Origin: Chrysomallon squamiferum
Lineage: Eukaryota > Animalia > Mollusca
Assembly (NCBI GenBank): GCA_012295275.1
Contig: CM022678.1
Span: 13,268,001-13,332,000 of the forward strand
Length of the DNA: 64,000 bases
Direction of reading: 5' to 3'
The notes under the pieces are model-generated. The model did not search any database. It saw only the letters and a list, made by a program, of their open reading frames with translations, and had not been told where the DNA came from. Positions 40,263-55,340 of the stretch are shown piece after piece. Position numbers and translations under genes: made by a program. The stretch's first letter is position 1; the number at the start of each line of letters is the position of its first letter.

Positions 40263-43200
40263 CTGAAAATAATTATTTATAAAGTATAAGTATTTAAAAT
40301 AATAATAATATTAATAATAATAACAATAACAATAACAATAAAAATATATTTATAGATAAATTATCAACCTTTTAAATGTAAAGATTATCATTATGACTTT
40401 GGGTTTTTTTAAATTTAATAACTATAATGATAATGATAATGATAACAATTATTATATGAAAATTTTGAAACACAATCAAATTTTTTGTTAATTTTCAATG
40501 AAATTTTTAAAACTTGATATAGTAATTTTAAATATGAAGCATTATATTTATTTTCTATTATTTTCTCAGTAATATGGTGGGACATACAGAAGAACTTCTA
40601 TGCTTGGTTTTCCTTTCAACAGATCAGCAATATTATCTGCACTCTCTGGTCCAAGTTTGTTTATATTTAGATTCAAAATCTAAAATAAAAATTATTAAAA
40701 CTTTATAGTAATAAAAGCAGAAGAAAGAATGTGGTATCAATTTTAGATAAGAAAGAATAATACAAAATAGTTTTTTATAGTTTTAATACAATATATGTTT
40801 AAAAATTTTATTTTTATTTCTTAAATTTTTTTCATTTTTTTATTTTTATTTAATTAGATTATTGATGTGTATTTTACATTTTTAAATCTATTTATAGATA
40901 CATTATTAGCCTTTTAAATATACAGACAATGATTTTGGTTACAGTATTGTTTAAATCAATTCCTGTAAGGATCTAAAAATAGGAACAGACAAAATATCAA
41001 CATGTTACAATTTCAGAAAACAAAATAAAAAATATTTAGAATAAGGTGCCTTTAATTCTGACCAATGATTTTCATTTTCTTATTTCAAAAATACAAGAGG
41101 TTTCTTGTCTTTCTGAATAACCTGGAAAACAAGTCATTACTAATCAAATCTAGTTAACTTGTGAAATAATTTACCATGGGCTTTGATGGAGACTTGAGAA
41201 GAGAGTCAAAGATAATTTCAAAATCACTGTCGTCCATCGCCATGTTGTTCAGTATCACACTGGCTGTATTCTCCTTTGTCAGCAAAAACTTGGCCAACTC
41301 ATACCACTGAAAGTAACATCATTTTATAAATCATCTACTAACAGAATTGTAGTTGTCACATGTAGCAGTAGTAGTAACAGTGATGTATCAAAACTTCAGT
41401 AGTCTGTTTAGAACTATCTTAATACATACATATATATATATATGTTTTCTCTTTCTTTCAGAAGTAGAAACTGAACTTTGAACAGTTCTTCAACAGAGCA
41501 GTTTAACAATTCACAGCCTCTAATTTCAGTACAGAAAGTCTAGTGTCACCTGTGTTTTTGTCAACTCCAGATTGCTCAGTTCGAGTTCTGTGTCCTGGGT
41601 TTCTAGGAGGGGGATGATGCTTCCACTATGAGACATGCGGGGTGGGGGATCCTGCAACTGAGATCCGAGTGGTGGGACACCAGCAGCAGCAACATTGTCA
41701 GGGTCATTACCTAAAAATATATTTTATAGCATTACCTTCCTTTGATATCCTTTAGATGATTATCGTTTTGTGTTCTTGTTTTCTTTTTTTTCCATAACAT
41801 TATTTCAGGCTGTAGTTACTGAAACTGGTTTCTATTTATTTATTTACTTTTTATTATTTATTTATTCATTTTTTATTTAATTTTTTAATGAGATTAAAAA
41901 CTAAATAAAAGAAACTAAACATACCTCCTTGCATATTTTCACCATCACTTGCATCTGATGTACTTTGTTGTCTGGTGTGTTCTGTTGTTAGAAAAACAAA
42001 AAACACAAATAAAATCCATACATTTGCTGGCTGTGTAAAAGCAATGACAAGAACATAAAACAAAATTAACATGGAATGGTGGCAGGAATGTCAGAATTAT
42101 TATTACTGTGTTGTATTATTACTACTGTATTGTGTTATTATTACTGTGTTGTTTTATTATTACTGCGTTATTATTACTGTTATTGTGTTATTATTACTGT
42201 GTTGTGTTTTTATTACTGTTGTGTTATTATAAGTGTTATTACTGTGTTGTTATGTTATTATTACTGTGTTGTGTTATTAGTGTTGTTTTATTATTACTGT
42301 GTTGTTATGTTATTATTACTGTGTTGTTTTTATTACTATGCTGTTGTGTTATTATTACTGTGTTCTTGTGTTATTATTACTGTGTTGTTCTGTTCATCAT
42401 GATGATGACAATTATTGTGCTGTCTAATAATATAACTGTTGTTAAACTTTATTCTTTTGTTATTACAGTTGATGCCAGAAAAAATAAAACATAAATTGGA
42501 AGTGTAAGAATATATTTAGACTGTTTCTTATTCCCCAGCTGTTAATAAATTACAATTACCTGTTTCACCTGCAGACATTTTTCTTTCACTCTCCACATCA
42601 GACCCAGCTGTCTCTACAAAAATAAGTGGTTTTTGTTGCAACACGTCTTTGTCTTCTGCTTGTTCCACTTCCCCATTTTCTTTTTGTTCATTTTCTACAG
42701 AAGGTTCTGTTTGATCATCACCTCCAGGGTCACTAGTTACTGCTTTAATATGAGGGGAAATTTCCTCTTGTTCTTCTTTTTCATCAGTGGAATTTTCCAC
42801 TGAGCTTTCATCTTCTGTTGATTTTTCCATTTCATTTTCTTGTGTCTGTTCTGCTGTTTCTTCTCCATCTTCTTTATCGGCTGATGGAGTTAGGTCCCTT
42901 TGAGACTCTTCAGATTCTTTAATTTCTTCCTGCGTTTTTTGCTCTGTGCCCCCAGCTGTAAATTAGTTATCAGTGGAATTATGTCATTACATTCACACAC
43001 ATACACACACTCATGCATGCATGTACATACTCACACATGCTCACACATGATATTAAAATTTTACTACAGCCTCTGCTATTGTAATACTACTGCTGCTATT
43101 ACTACTACTACAATTATTACTATGAATTTTATTAATATTTTTACATTAAATATGAATATATACATACATACATACACATACACACAAGTTACACACACAC

Positions 43201-46200
43201 ATACACAAATATTTGCATATAGATACACAAGTAAACAAAACACACATACATACATGCATGTATGCATACACCATACCAAACTACACACATACACACACAC
43301 ACACTAAAAAATAGACATACATACATATGTGTATATGTAGATAAGAAACAATCAAACCCACATATAATGACTTACAGACACAAACACACATACACTCTCA
43401 CACACACAGATATCAACAAATAATATTACAGTGCACCTTTCTCACTTGAGTCTTTTTCTGTAACTCGGAATTCTCCTTCTGTTTCTGATTCATCTGAACT
43501 TGATTCACTAGAATCTGAACTACTGTCTTCTGAAGATTCCTCCTTCTTTCTCTCTTCTTCCTCCTTCTTTCTATCTTCTTCTTCTGTCTCCCTATCTTCT
43601 TCCTGTTTAGTGACATCTGTCTTTATTTCTGATTCTGTTTCTTTGCTGTTTTCTTCTTCTTCTTTCCTTTCAACTTCATCTTTCCTTTCATCGTCATCTT
43701 TGGTAGTGGTTTCTATTGTTGTATTTAGTAACAAAAGTCACAAGGTATATAAAAATATAGTAAAAATGTTAAACTATTTTGTTTTATGATAGAGTAACAG
43801 GGTTGTAAAATAGTTCAGTTGTAATTGTAGAAGTTGTTGTAACAGACTAATAGTAGAGATAATAGCAAAATATATCTAGTAGTGTCTACTGCTGCTGTAG
43901 AGGTGTAATATTATAATAGTTATTTTTTAACAGTAGATGGTATAGCTGTCATCTGAAGAGGTGCTGTTGCTGCTGTAGTAGTAGAGCTTGTAGTAATAGC
44001 ATTAAATATGAGTAGTAGTAACTGTTGTTGCAGTAGAGGTTGTAATATCAAAATATTTATTTTTTTAAATAGGAGTTAGAACTGCAGTAATAGAAGTAAT
44101 GGCACTAGGAACAGTTGAAGTATGTGAACTACTTTTGTAATATAAAAATATATTTTTTTTAATAATCTGTTTAAGAGTTGAAGCATAGTAATAATAAAAG
44201 TAATCACAGTAATATTAGTAATAGTAACATTGCTAGCTGTATTACTAGTAATAGTATTATATTATAGTCAGTTACTAATGACTGTGATTCTAATATTAAT
44301 AACAGTATATTTAAAAGCAATCTTATACTTAAAATCAATTATGGCATTTTTTAGTTTACTGCTAATATTATTTCTAAGTATAGAAATACATACTAAAAAT
44401 TATATTACTGACAGTAATTCTTTGCTCATCATCTTATTTTAACTACAGTTAGTAGCATTAATATAAAAAAAAGTAATATATATATATATATATATATATG
44501 GCAGTAGTAGTAATAACAGTAGCTACTTATAGTAGTAACTTGTCATAGCTGTAGTAGTAATAGAAATATTAATATTGATGGTTGCAGTTGCAGAATGTGA
44601 AGATAAAAAAAAAAAAAATCATTCCAAGCATACTGAAGATTTAAACAGACATACTGAAATGAAATAAAAACTGATGTTTATGAATGATATAAAAATTGCT
44701 CTGTGTTTGGTAGACAAAGAAATACAAATGTGCAAAATTTACATCAACACATGTACACTAACAAGCACCAGTAAAATACATTGATGTGCAAAAAGTAAAA
44801 GTAAACAAACAAACAAAAAAGTTGGATCATTTTGAGGTATTCATTTTCAATTTCTCCTTTCCTCTTTCTTTCTCTTTTCTCTCTCACATTTCTTTCTTAT
44901 TCTCCATTTTTCACTCCCTCCCTCCCACTCTCTCTCTCTGTCTCTCTGACTCCTTCTCTTGTCTATATGTATATATGTGTACACACACACACACACACAT
45001 ATTTATTTGCATTGTATGTACATTTGTATGTGTGTATCTACGTAAATGTAGAAAACATCTATTTGAAAACTTCCAGATTACCTGAAACTTCCTCTTCCTC
45101 CCCTCCACTTAATGAAGATCTCTCATTTGCTGCCTCATCAGACAAATATTCCATGTGTGTTTCCTCCTCCTCTATTGGTTCAGATTTCACTTTTTCATCA
45201 GTGACTGCAACCTCAGAATACGTGGATTCTGTAACTTCAGCAGTGACTACAACATTTTCACCTACTACTTCAACATTCTGTATCTTGTCATCTGTTTTTG
45301 CTGCCTCTGCAGTGTTTGATGATTCAGATGATGATTCTTCACTGTAGTCAGTGCTTGTTGATCTCTGTGAGTCTTTTCCATTTTCTGTAGACTTGATACC
45401 ATCTGTCTTCTTGTCCATTCCATCATAGCTTTCCTGGTCTTCGTTTTCACTACTCATGAAGTTTCTTTGTGTATATGACAAAGTTGTGTGAGTTTTCTCT
45501 TCATCCTGTCTGTCTGTGTGTACTGATTGTTCATCTGGTTTGTCTGTTTCTATTGTCTGATCATCATATCTCTCTGTTTCACTTGTCTGCTCATCTTTTC
45601 TGTGTCTGTCAGTTACCTGTACTTCCTGTCTGTCTATCTCAGTTGTCTGTTCATCCTGCATGTCTGTCCCGTCTGTCTCAGCTTTACCATCTGTCATGTC
45701 TGTATCAGTTGATTCTTCAACCCATTGCTTTTTGATAGGTGTTTGCTCTATTTCCATTTCAAAGCCCTTACTTTTTTTGTGCATATTATATCCCATAACC
45801 ATTGTATCATGTTGACAACCAGCTTTCTCTTTTTCTTTGGTCTTTTCTTCTTCTGCATTATCAGCATTGGCTTCTTCCAGAGCCAGTTTCTCTTTTTCAT
45901 CAACTTTTTTCTTTCCAATGGTAGAGCTGTCATCATCAACGCTGTCACCATTGCCACCACCGCTGGTTTCATTGGCATCTTCAGATTTCTCTTCCTGTTT
46001 TTTGTTCATGTCATTTCTCTCCTCTTTCTTGTCGGGGCTGTCCTGCAGCAGAGCCCTAGCAACAGGGGAGTCTGGGCGATCAGGAACACTGGAAGGGGGA
46101 GAAGCTTCATTTTTACCTTCTGCTGCTCTCTGAATCTCCCTGTCCAGGGACTTCTGAGTAGCAGAACTGGATCCAGAAGATGAACTAGTATCTGATCTGG

Positions 46201-46823
46201 AACTTGACATTCCCCTGGATGAAAGGCTCGATTCAAAATCATCATCGATATTCTTTGAAAGAGTTTCTTTGTCATAACTGGATACAGACTCCACTTCCAT
46301 TTTCTTAGTAGGTTCACTTCTACTGGATGATTCAGCATCCACCTTTCCAGAAACAGGTAATTTTTCATCACTGGATTCTGAATTCATATCCACCTTTTTG
46401 GAAATAGGTAACCTGTCGTCACTGGTTTCCAAATCCACATCCATATTGGGGGGAACAGGTAATTTCTTGTCATCTTAGTATTGGAGAAATTAAAAAAACA
46501 AAATGCAGACAGAAAGCAACTAAAACAAATGTGCAGTCATGCATAAATTTCTAAAATTTCTAAAATGCATAAATAATAGTTTGTTTAAAAAATAAATTCT
46601 GTTTGAACAGTTACATATAACAAACAAATACATTCAAAGAATTTCATTTAAAAGCTACAAAGAACAAAATAAATAAATAATGTAGGTGATAATAATTAAA
46701 CAGAACATAAATAAGCAAATAATAAACAAAATGTATATATTTATATATAAACAAACAAAATGATAAATAAACTAAACAAAACAAACAAATAATTAATTAA
46801 ACAACCAAATAAAATAAATAAAA

Positions 46824-46854
<31 letters not shown>

Positions 46855-46864
46855 GTAAAACAAA

Positions 46865-46895
<31 letters not shown>

Positions 46896-49696
46896 AACAA
46901 ATAAACAAAAAACAAACAAACAAACAAACAAATATATAACAACACCAATATACGTTAGTATAACAAACATGAAAATTAACTGACCTGGTCTGTTTTCAAT
47001 GACAACTTTCACATTTTTATCTCCTTCTAAATCTTCTTCTTCTGATGAATAACCTTCAACCTGCAGATAAACATCATCATCATAATCATCACATGACATT
47101 ATCTTTATCACATTACCATCAGCAGAATAATATCAGCAGGATCATTAACAACAGTATCATAATGACATCATTATTATCATTATTGTGATCATCACCCCAC
47201 ATAATCATAACATTTATCAACATTACTATCATAAGAACAATATGATCATTATCATTATCAATGATGATATCATCACTAACAACATTATCATCCTCACTAT
47301 AACTGATTGCATAATTATCATCAAAATCAATCATCATCATAAATAACTTCACAATAATGCTGGCATCTTCATCATCATTATGATCAATATTATTATAAGT
47401 GTCATTTATTCATTTAAAACAAAAACTTTATCACTACTGAAAGGGTTAACATTCACCTTTCTGTTACCATCCAAATCAATGACATTGTTGTCTTCATTAA
47501 TCTCCCGTTCCACCTGCACCTCCATTTCTTCAACTGGTTTCTCCTCTTCCGTGCTTCCTGCGTTATAACTTTCTTGTTTTGTTGTTTGTTCAGACTGAGT
47601 CTTCTCATCATTATCTGTAACATGTAATAAACTAATTATCAGTGAGATAATTAAAACATTTAGAAGGAAATTAAAAAATGCAAAAGGTGGTGTATGAGTG
47701 AAGGTATTGTTCAGTAGCTTTGAAACATGTTGTGCTGTGTAGGTATGGCTTTCACATTGCACTTACCAAAAAATATTCAAATATATCTATGATGTCACTT
47801 TGTTGTTTAATGATAAAATCGTATTTTTCAATTCCATATAAAATCTTCTTCCTCTGTTGAAGCTTGCACATTTATCATCATTTATCATTTATCACCATGA
47901 TAACAATCGTTACTAATAAAATCATCACATCATCATCATCATAATCATCATCAGAACAGAATTTGTAAATAAAGAAGCCCTCAATTGTTGGCTGTTATTA
48001 GGAGTTATAAAATTTTTTAAGGTGACCTGTAGTAAGTTGTTTTAAGTTGAGGAATATCACAAAGGGATCCAGTGTTAGTTATCTTGGACAGGACTATGGT
48101 GTTGTTTTGGGTTGTTTTTTTCCAATTTACAAATTCAGTGATGATTAATAAAAAATCAGTAAATGAGATATAAATGTAAAAAAGTTTTTGAAGACCTTAT
48201 TGTTTGAACTTGCAGTAGTTTAGAATGTCTTGGTTTTTTAAACTACCACTACATTATTTCAAAAACCAAACCATTCTCAAAGTAATTACATTTAAGTAGT
48301 GAAAAAAAGAAAAACAAAATGAAAGAAAGAAAATAATTTTTAATAAATTTTGTTTGAACTGCAACTAGGTTTTAAATGATTGGATTTTGTTAACTCACAC
48401 AACATTAATAAAAACAAAAACAATTTTAGATACAGGTACATTTTATATTTAGTTTCCTTATTCTGCCAGTTTTATAACTTACATTTAAACAGTGCTTTAT
48501 TTTCACTGAAAGTTGTCCCTTAACAAGAAACATTAGATGGATAATTAGCAGTGATAGTTATGATCAGAGAGAGCATCAGAGCTACTGTAAATACTGGTGT
48601 GGAGAAATGGGTTGACTGTGGATGTACACCAGACAGATGTGGTGCTGGATGGAGACTGTAGTGGGATAACAACTATTTGTGGAAGGTTCATGAGGCAATA
48701 TAAATATGTTTGTTAAAATGGTGGAAAGAGATACAAATATTCTGTTGTAATCATTGCATGGGAGATAGATTTTTGATGAAACTGTCATCTTTGTATTACT
48801 GTTGATGTTATTATGCCATTCACTTGTTACTGTAGTTATTTCATACAGACCAATTTCTCATGACAAAAAAATAGTCATTGCATATTCTAATATGTCTGCT
48901 TATATTACATCAAAGATGTAGTTATTTGTTTCATAGAAATATGTGATTGATGTCAGAAAAGTAACAGTCAATTCAAGGTATGTCACCAATATAAATATTC
49001 TGTATTGTATGTTTTTTTCTCAGTTTTATGGCTACGTTACAGCTAAGATTCAGAATTAAATCTCTCTATTGGTTTAAACATTTTTTTAATTATTATTTCA
49101 GCCAGTACTGTCCATGTATAGAAATCAAATTTTTACTTTCAGGTGTAAAATGTCAAATTAATTTTGTCTAAAATATCTGGTCGTTGTATTAGAAACCTTA
49201 TTCTCTTTATTAAATCCATTTTTTTTCAGTTCCACACCAGAGCTGACAAATAGGGAAATATTTTCATTTTAAGTGAAATTGTTTTTGTTTTTCCATTCCA
49301 AACGAGGTTATATTATTAACAGTTACTGAAGATATTTTTGCTCACTTCTATTCTACTGGACAAGTTATCTATTTTATAATCTTTTACTGGAACTTGTTAA
49401 AAAAAATACAATTTAATATTCAATATGGCATATTACAAGTGGTATTTTAAAGCAGCAAATGTTTTTTTCATAGGAAATTAATTCCCAGATTATATGACAT
49501 ATACACAAAGTATACTTTGAAGTATATATTCTGTATATGTGTGTGTATATGTTAATATTTAGTGTGTCTATATAGGAAAAAGATTATGACACATATAAAC
49601 ATGAAGAGTTTTTAACATTAATTATATGTATGTATGTTTGTGTATGTGTATCTGTACATCTATATATATATGTATATATGTGTATATATATATATT

Positions 49697-49729
<33 letters not shown>

Positions 49730-49786
49730 GTGTGTGTATGTAAATATACAGACACATATACTCATTTATAATGTGTTTCAAACAGT

Positions 49787-49841
<55 letters not shown>

Positions 49842-50454
49842 AGAAATTTCTTTACAATAATAGTTCGGTATATGTTGTGTAATAGGCAGACTGTGTCCTA
49901 CAAGTAAAGAATTTCATCAAAGTAATTTTATACAAAGTGCAGAACATTCTTATAACATGATATAACAGCTAGAGTGGTATACCATATCTTGGTTATGTAA
50001 CTGCTATGAACTAGGAAACTACTGTTTGAGAACTAATTATTTGACATAATGTACAGATCCTAACACTGAAAACCAGTCCCACAGGACAGGACCCAGGTTA
50101 AATAAAAATGATGATGACGATGATATTGATGATTGTTATTATTATTATTATAGGGAGGACATTTATACATGCATGTGTATGTGTGTATATGGATGTGCAC
50201 ACAAGTGCACCTGTGTGTATGTGTGTGTGTACAGATACACACACTGATAGACCTTAATGATTGCATACACATACACATACATATATAAATAGATCAACAC
50301 AGATATACACAAATTTATAGAATAACACTTGGTTGATAACATCTAAATAATGTAGAAAAATATACACATAAACTGATCAGTACAGAGAGGTAAATTATTA
50401 AATAACACAGAACACATTACTCACATTTACACACACATATATACAGACAGACAG

Positions 50455-50494
<40 letters not shown>

Positions 50495-53400
50495 TACAAA
50501 AACACACAAATACACAAATATTTATATCTATTAACTTTTTCTAGAAGATACTTTTTACTTTGATAGATAATACTGGTAAAGTTTGTGTGGACAAAAAGCT
50601 AAATAAAAACAAATCATTGTTTTGTTGTTTTGTTTATTAAAACCAGGACACAGAAAAATACAGAAAACATTGGAGGTAACAAAGCAATCGGATATCACAG
50701 GCAGAGAAGAAGCAGTGTAATTATATACAGCAACAACTGAAGACATCAGCAGACTGGAACAGATTATTCTGTAAGTGTGTGTGTTTGCATTTGTGTTTGC
50801 GTTTGTTTATGTCTGAATTTATTATGGTTATAATCTGTATTTCAAATGTATGCTTACCAGCATTTGAAGATTTGTTATTTCTGATTATATATATATGTGC
50901 GTGTTTGTGTTTTAGTGTGTGTGTGTATTGTTTTTATATGTATATCTTGTGTTATTCATCATTCTTTTTTTGTGTCTGTTTGTTTGTGTATATGTGTGTG
51001 TATTTCTTCAAACAAATTTTGCAAATTCTGTGTCAGAGAAACATACATCATAGTTCAGTACAGTAAATTATTGTTTAAAATATTACACAAATTATTTAAA
51101 CATTAACATGAGCTTCTGCAAATTATATTTAAACAAAAATATACAAGCATGGGAATGGATCATATATATATATATATATTAGTAGTATTAGTATGTATTT
51201 TTATATGTAAGTACAGGTAAAAGCAAATTTTATATAATGAAAATTGTTTAGAAATGTTCACAATATAGAAATCAGTTTAACAATCAATGAAACTCTGTTG
51301 TACAGAGGGTGGGAACAACTTGAGGTTTTGTGTTATTATTTACAATCTCAGATTTCACATTCTTCTCAACATTATTTTCACTTTCACTTTCACTTTCATC
51401 ATATTGTTCTACTTTGTTTAACTCTGGCTGTGAGTTCTTCTTATCATCATTCATTCCTGACTCTTCATCATCAAACTCAGAGTCTGAAAAATCATCTTCA
51501 TCATGGTCAAAATCATCATATCTTCTATTAGGTCTTTTATCCTCTATTTCTGAATGCCTATCTGAAAATGTAACTTTCTTGTCTATACCATTTGGTGTTC
51601 TGTTGGTTGAAATGTTGACTTTCTTTTCTGAGACATCTGATTCATCTGATTCTGTCCAGTCTGATTCCTCATCTAACTTCCTGTCAGCCATGTTATTTTT
51701 GTTCTCTGCTTCAGCAGAACTTTCACTGAAAGGTGACCTAGAGGAGGACAGAGATCTCTGGTCTTCTTCCACCAGACTGCTGGATGGAACAGACAACAGA
51801 CTGTCACTTGACCCTGATGTTCTCCGAGGAACATTGTCAATCATGATCATCTCCGACCTGGAACCTTCACCTTTGTCAAACTGGACACTGGATGAACAAG
51901 GAACATACTCGTATAACTTCAATGTGTAGTTTTCAGGGACATACAGGTCTGCTGGGTCTTCACCCAAGTTTTTTGTCCCCACACAATCTTCAGTGGAATC
52001 TCCTCTGATTACAATATCAGGAACACTCTTGTTGACCTTCTTTCTTGGGCTCCTATTAAAGGAACCATCAACTTTGTCTTCCTTGCTCCGAAGTCCAGAT
52101 GAGTGTATGCCTCTAGAAGCTTCTGATTGACTGCTGATATTTGTAGAGTCTGACAATGAGGATGATTTTTTGTTTCTCTTCTTCATTCTGCCTCTTCTTT
52201 TGTTTTCAATAGGCAACTTTCTGTCAGAGTAGACACCTTCAGAGTGACTTGTTCCATCAGAACAACCAGCTCTTTCTCCAAACCTCTCAAGGGCACATTT
52301 GTAATCATTGACAAGACTCCCAGCTCCATCACTGTCATCAGAACTGACTCTGCCTCGCTCAGAATCAGGTTTTATCAAACTTCGTTCACAGTCAGGGTCT
52401 ACAGCCAACTCCCTCTCATCACTGTGAGGTACTGCAATGTCAAACTCTTTCTCCTGGTTACTCCGGTCACCTCGGTTGTTTACTGGCATAATCTCAAAGT
52501 TGTCATCATCGGTGCCACATCCTCTGTCCCCTTCTGATAAAATTGTATCATTTTCATTGCCACGGCCATTTGAATCTCTATATTCTACAGTATCTGTACC
52601 ATTTTTACAATCAGTGTTAGTGCCAACAATCTCCTGATTCTTTTCCTTTCCTTCCTCATCCTCAGAATCCTCAACCTCCACTTGAAGGAGCTGTTCTTTA
52701 GGAGCAGAGGGGTCTAGAGAAAGACCAAGTCCTTGAGGTTCAGCAGTGATCTTAGATGATGCAGATACTTCATAAGGATCCTTGGACAGGACAGTTGGAG
52801 GTTCACGTGGAGACTCTACTTCTGTTTCAATATCTGAAACCTCATCAGCTGTGTCTACATTATGTCTGTCAGGGTGTTTAGTGACACACTTTGTTGCCTT
52901 GTCCAGAGACTTTTCTACTTCATCTATTAACTCAGTTCCAACAGACACATCTATTTCTTTGTTCTCCAGATTAATCTCTTCAGCTACCACAGATGTTTCT
53001 GATATTGACTTATCAACATCTGAATTTTTGGACTTAAATTTTTTGAGTTTTTGGATTTTGATTTACTAGAATGAGGATTCTTGTTCTTATTTTTAGACTT
53101 TGTTTTCAAAGAAACAGAATTTTCAGACCCTGATTTACTGGAAATAGAACTTTTTGATTTTAGTTTGTTTGAGTCAGAATTTGAAATTTCACTTTTCTTA
53201 GATTCAATTGGTTCATCTTCAAAAGTGTTATCATCATATTCATTGCTTACTTTATCTGTTTTATTCAGAGTTGTTTCCCCTTCAATTTCAGTGTTGATGT
53301 CTGTAGCAGAGGTTCTTTTTGAATTGGTTTCTTCTGCATTTTCATCTGATGGTTTATTTTCTACTGATTCTTTTTTCACAGATTCTTTATTTTTCTCTGA

Positions 53401-54242
53401 TTCAACATTTGTTACCGATTCTTGATTCTCCATTGACTCATTATTTTCTTTTGATTCCTTATTTTCAAGTGATTCCTTATTTTCAATTGATTCCTTATTT
53501 TTCACAGATTCTTTGTTTTCCACTGATTCCTTGTTTTCAACTTGTTCTGTTTCAGTTTTCTCCACTTCTGTAATATTTACCACGTCAACATTACAGTTTT
53601 CTGTTGATAGAAGATCAGATAAAACTTGTTAAAACTTTGGTAGCTATTAATAACAAATAGTTAAAACTTAATTATAAAATACGTTCATAAATTATTAAAT
53701 TTCTATTTACTTAATAAACAAAACTTTTAGGAAATTAAATTTTTTTAATTTTTTATATTTATTACTTTTAATAACTATTTTGAAATTCACTAATATTTAC
53801 AGTAAAAGTTTTCAGTGTAAAAATTATATAAATAAATCCAAAAAAATCTTGTTTATTAAATTACTTTTAAACATATATTAAGATCATTTGTTTTTAAAAC
53901 AATAAAAGATAATAAAATATAATTAAATTTGGCTAAATAAATATGATGTAATTTTGTTAATCTTAAAGTGAGAGTGATGTGATGTTTTGTGCATTTAGTA
54001 AAAAAAAAATAATAATTAGTGAAATATTAAATTATAAGTTATAAATAATAAATAAGCATTTTAATTTCTTCTTACTTTAAAAAACAGTTATTTGTATTAC
54101 TCTTTTAATGCTTTATCTTTTTATATTTTAAAATTTATATTTAATATTAAATTATATATGTTATATATATTAAGTATTATATAATATTTTAAATATATAT
54201 AAATATAGTTGTTACCTTCCATGAAAAGTTAACTAATATTTA

Positions 54243-54279
<37 letters not shown>

Positions 54280-54423
54280 AAAGTATTTACATTATTATTA
54301 TTTTTTTTTTTTAAATAAACATTTTAATATTGTGTTTATTATTACAATATTAGCTACAGGTTACCATCATCTGTTTTAGTATTATTATTTTTATTATTAT
54401 TTTTTTTATTATTATTATTATTA

Positions 54424-54488
<65 letters not shown>

Positions 54489-55296
54489 GAATTATACTGT
54501 TTAAAGGAATCTTAAAAAGCAACTTCATTTAGAATATTGCTGTGTCAAAATTAAATAAATAGATGTATTGTTAACTGTTTTTATAGAAAATAAATTTTGA
54601 ACAACTTCATTCAGTATATTTTTTGTTACATAGGTAAAACAAATTTCATTTCTGAACATTTTATAGGAATGTTACCAAAGAAAATATTATTTTAAAATAC
54701 TTAATAAATGAAAAAAAAAAAAAAAAATATGAAAACTAATGTAACAATAAATAAATCAGCATCCATTTTAAATGAAACTATAAGCAGATTTAAAAACATT
54801 ATACCAATTATTAAAAATTAGTATTATTATAATTTATATGATTGATTAGTATTGTTATCATCAACAGAGATCTTATTTTTTCTATTAAAATTCCTAGTTT
54901 TATTATTATAATTATTATTATTATTATTATTATTTCAGTCATGTTATTAATTTTTGTTAATATTTTATTAGTTATTATTATTATTATTACTTTTGAGATC
55001 TGAAAAAATAGAAAAGTAAAAAATTATTAATAATTTTATAACTAGAGCCATGAAATTTACAGTTATAAAATTTCAATATATTTTAATAAAATAAAATCTG
55101 AATTTTGTTTACTAGAATGAAGCAATCTGCAAGCCAAAAATAATATACTAACGCAAATAAAAAGTATTTAACAAAATCTCAATGTAATTACAAAAAAAAA
55201 TATCAAAACAAATAACTTAATACAAAAATTAATATTATCTTCATATTTGATTTGAAGTATAAAAATATTACTTATGTATAATTAATTGTCTGATTA

Positions 55297-55340
<44 letters not shown>

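Noticed and set aside
42076-42494. Cys/Tyr/Leu-rich plus-strand ORFs
   Set aside because: Simple-repeat artefacts.
53033-53066. Micro-intron as an explanation of the frame break
   Set aside because: The GT..AG candidate is about 34 nt, has no pyrimidine tract and does not restore the frame.
44832-53573. Ser/Phe-rich plus-strand ORFs opposite the acidic exons
   Set aside because: Antisense shadows of Glu/Asp/Lys-rich coding sequence.
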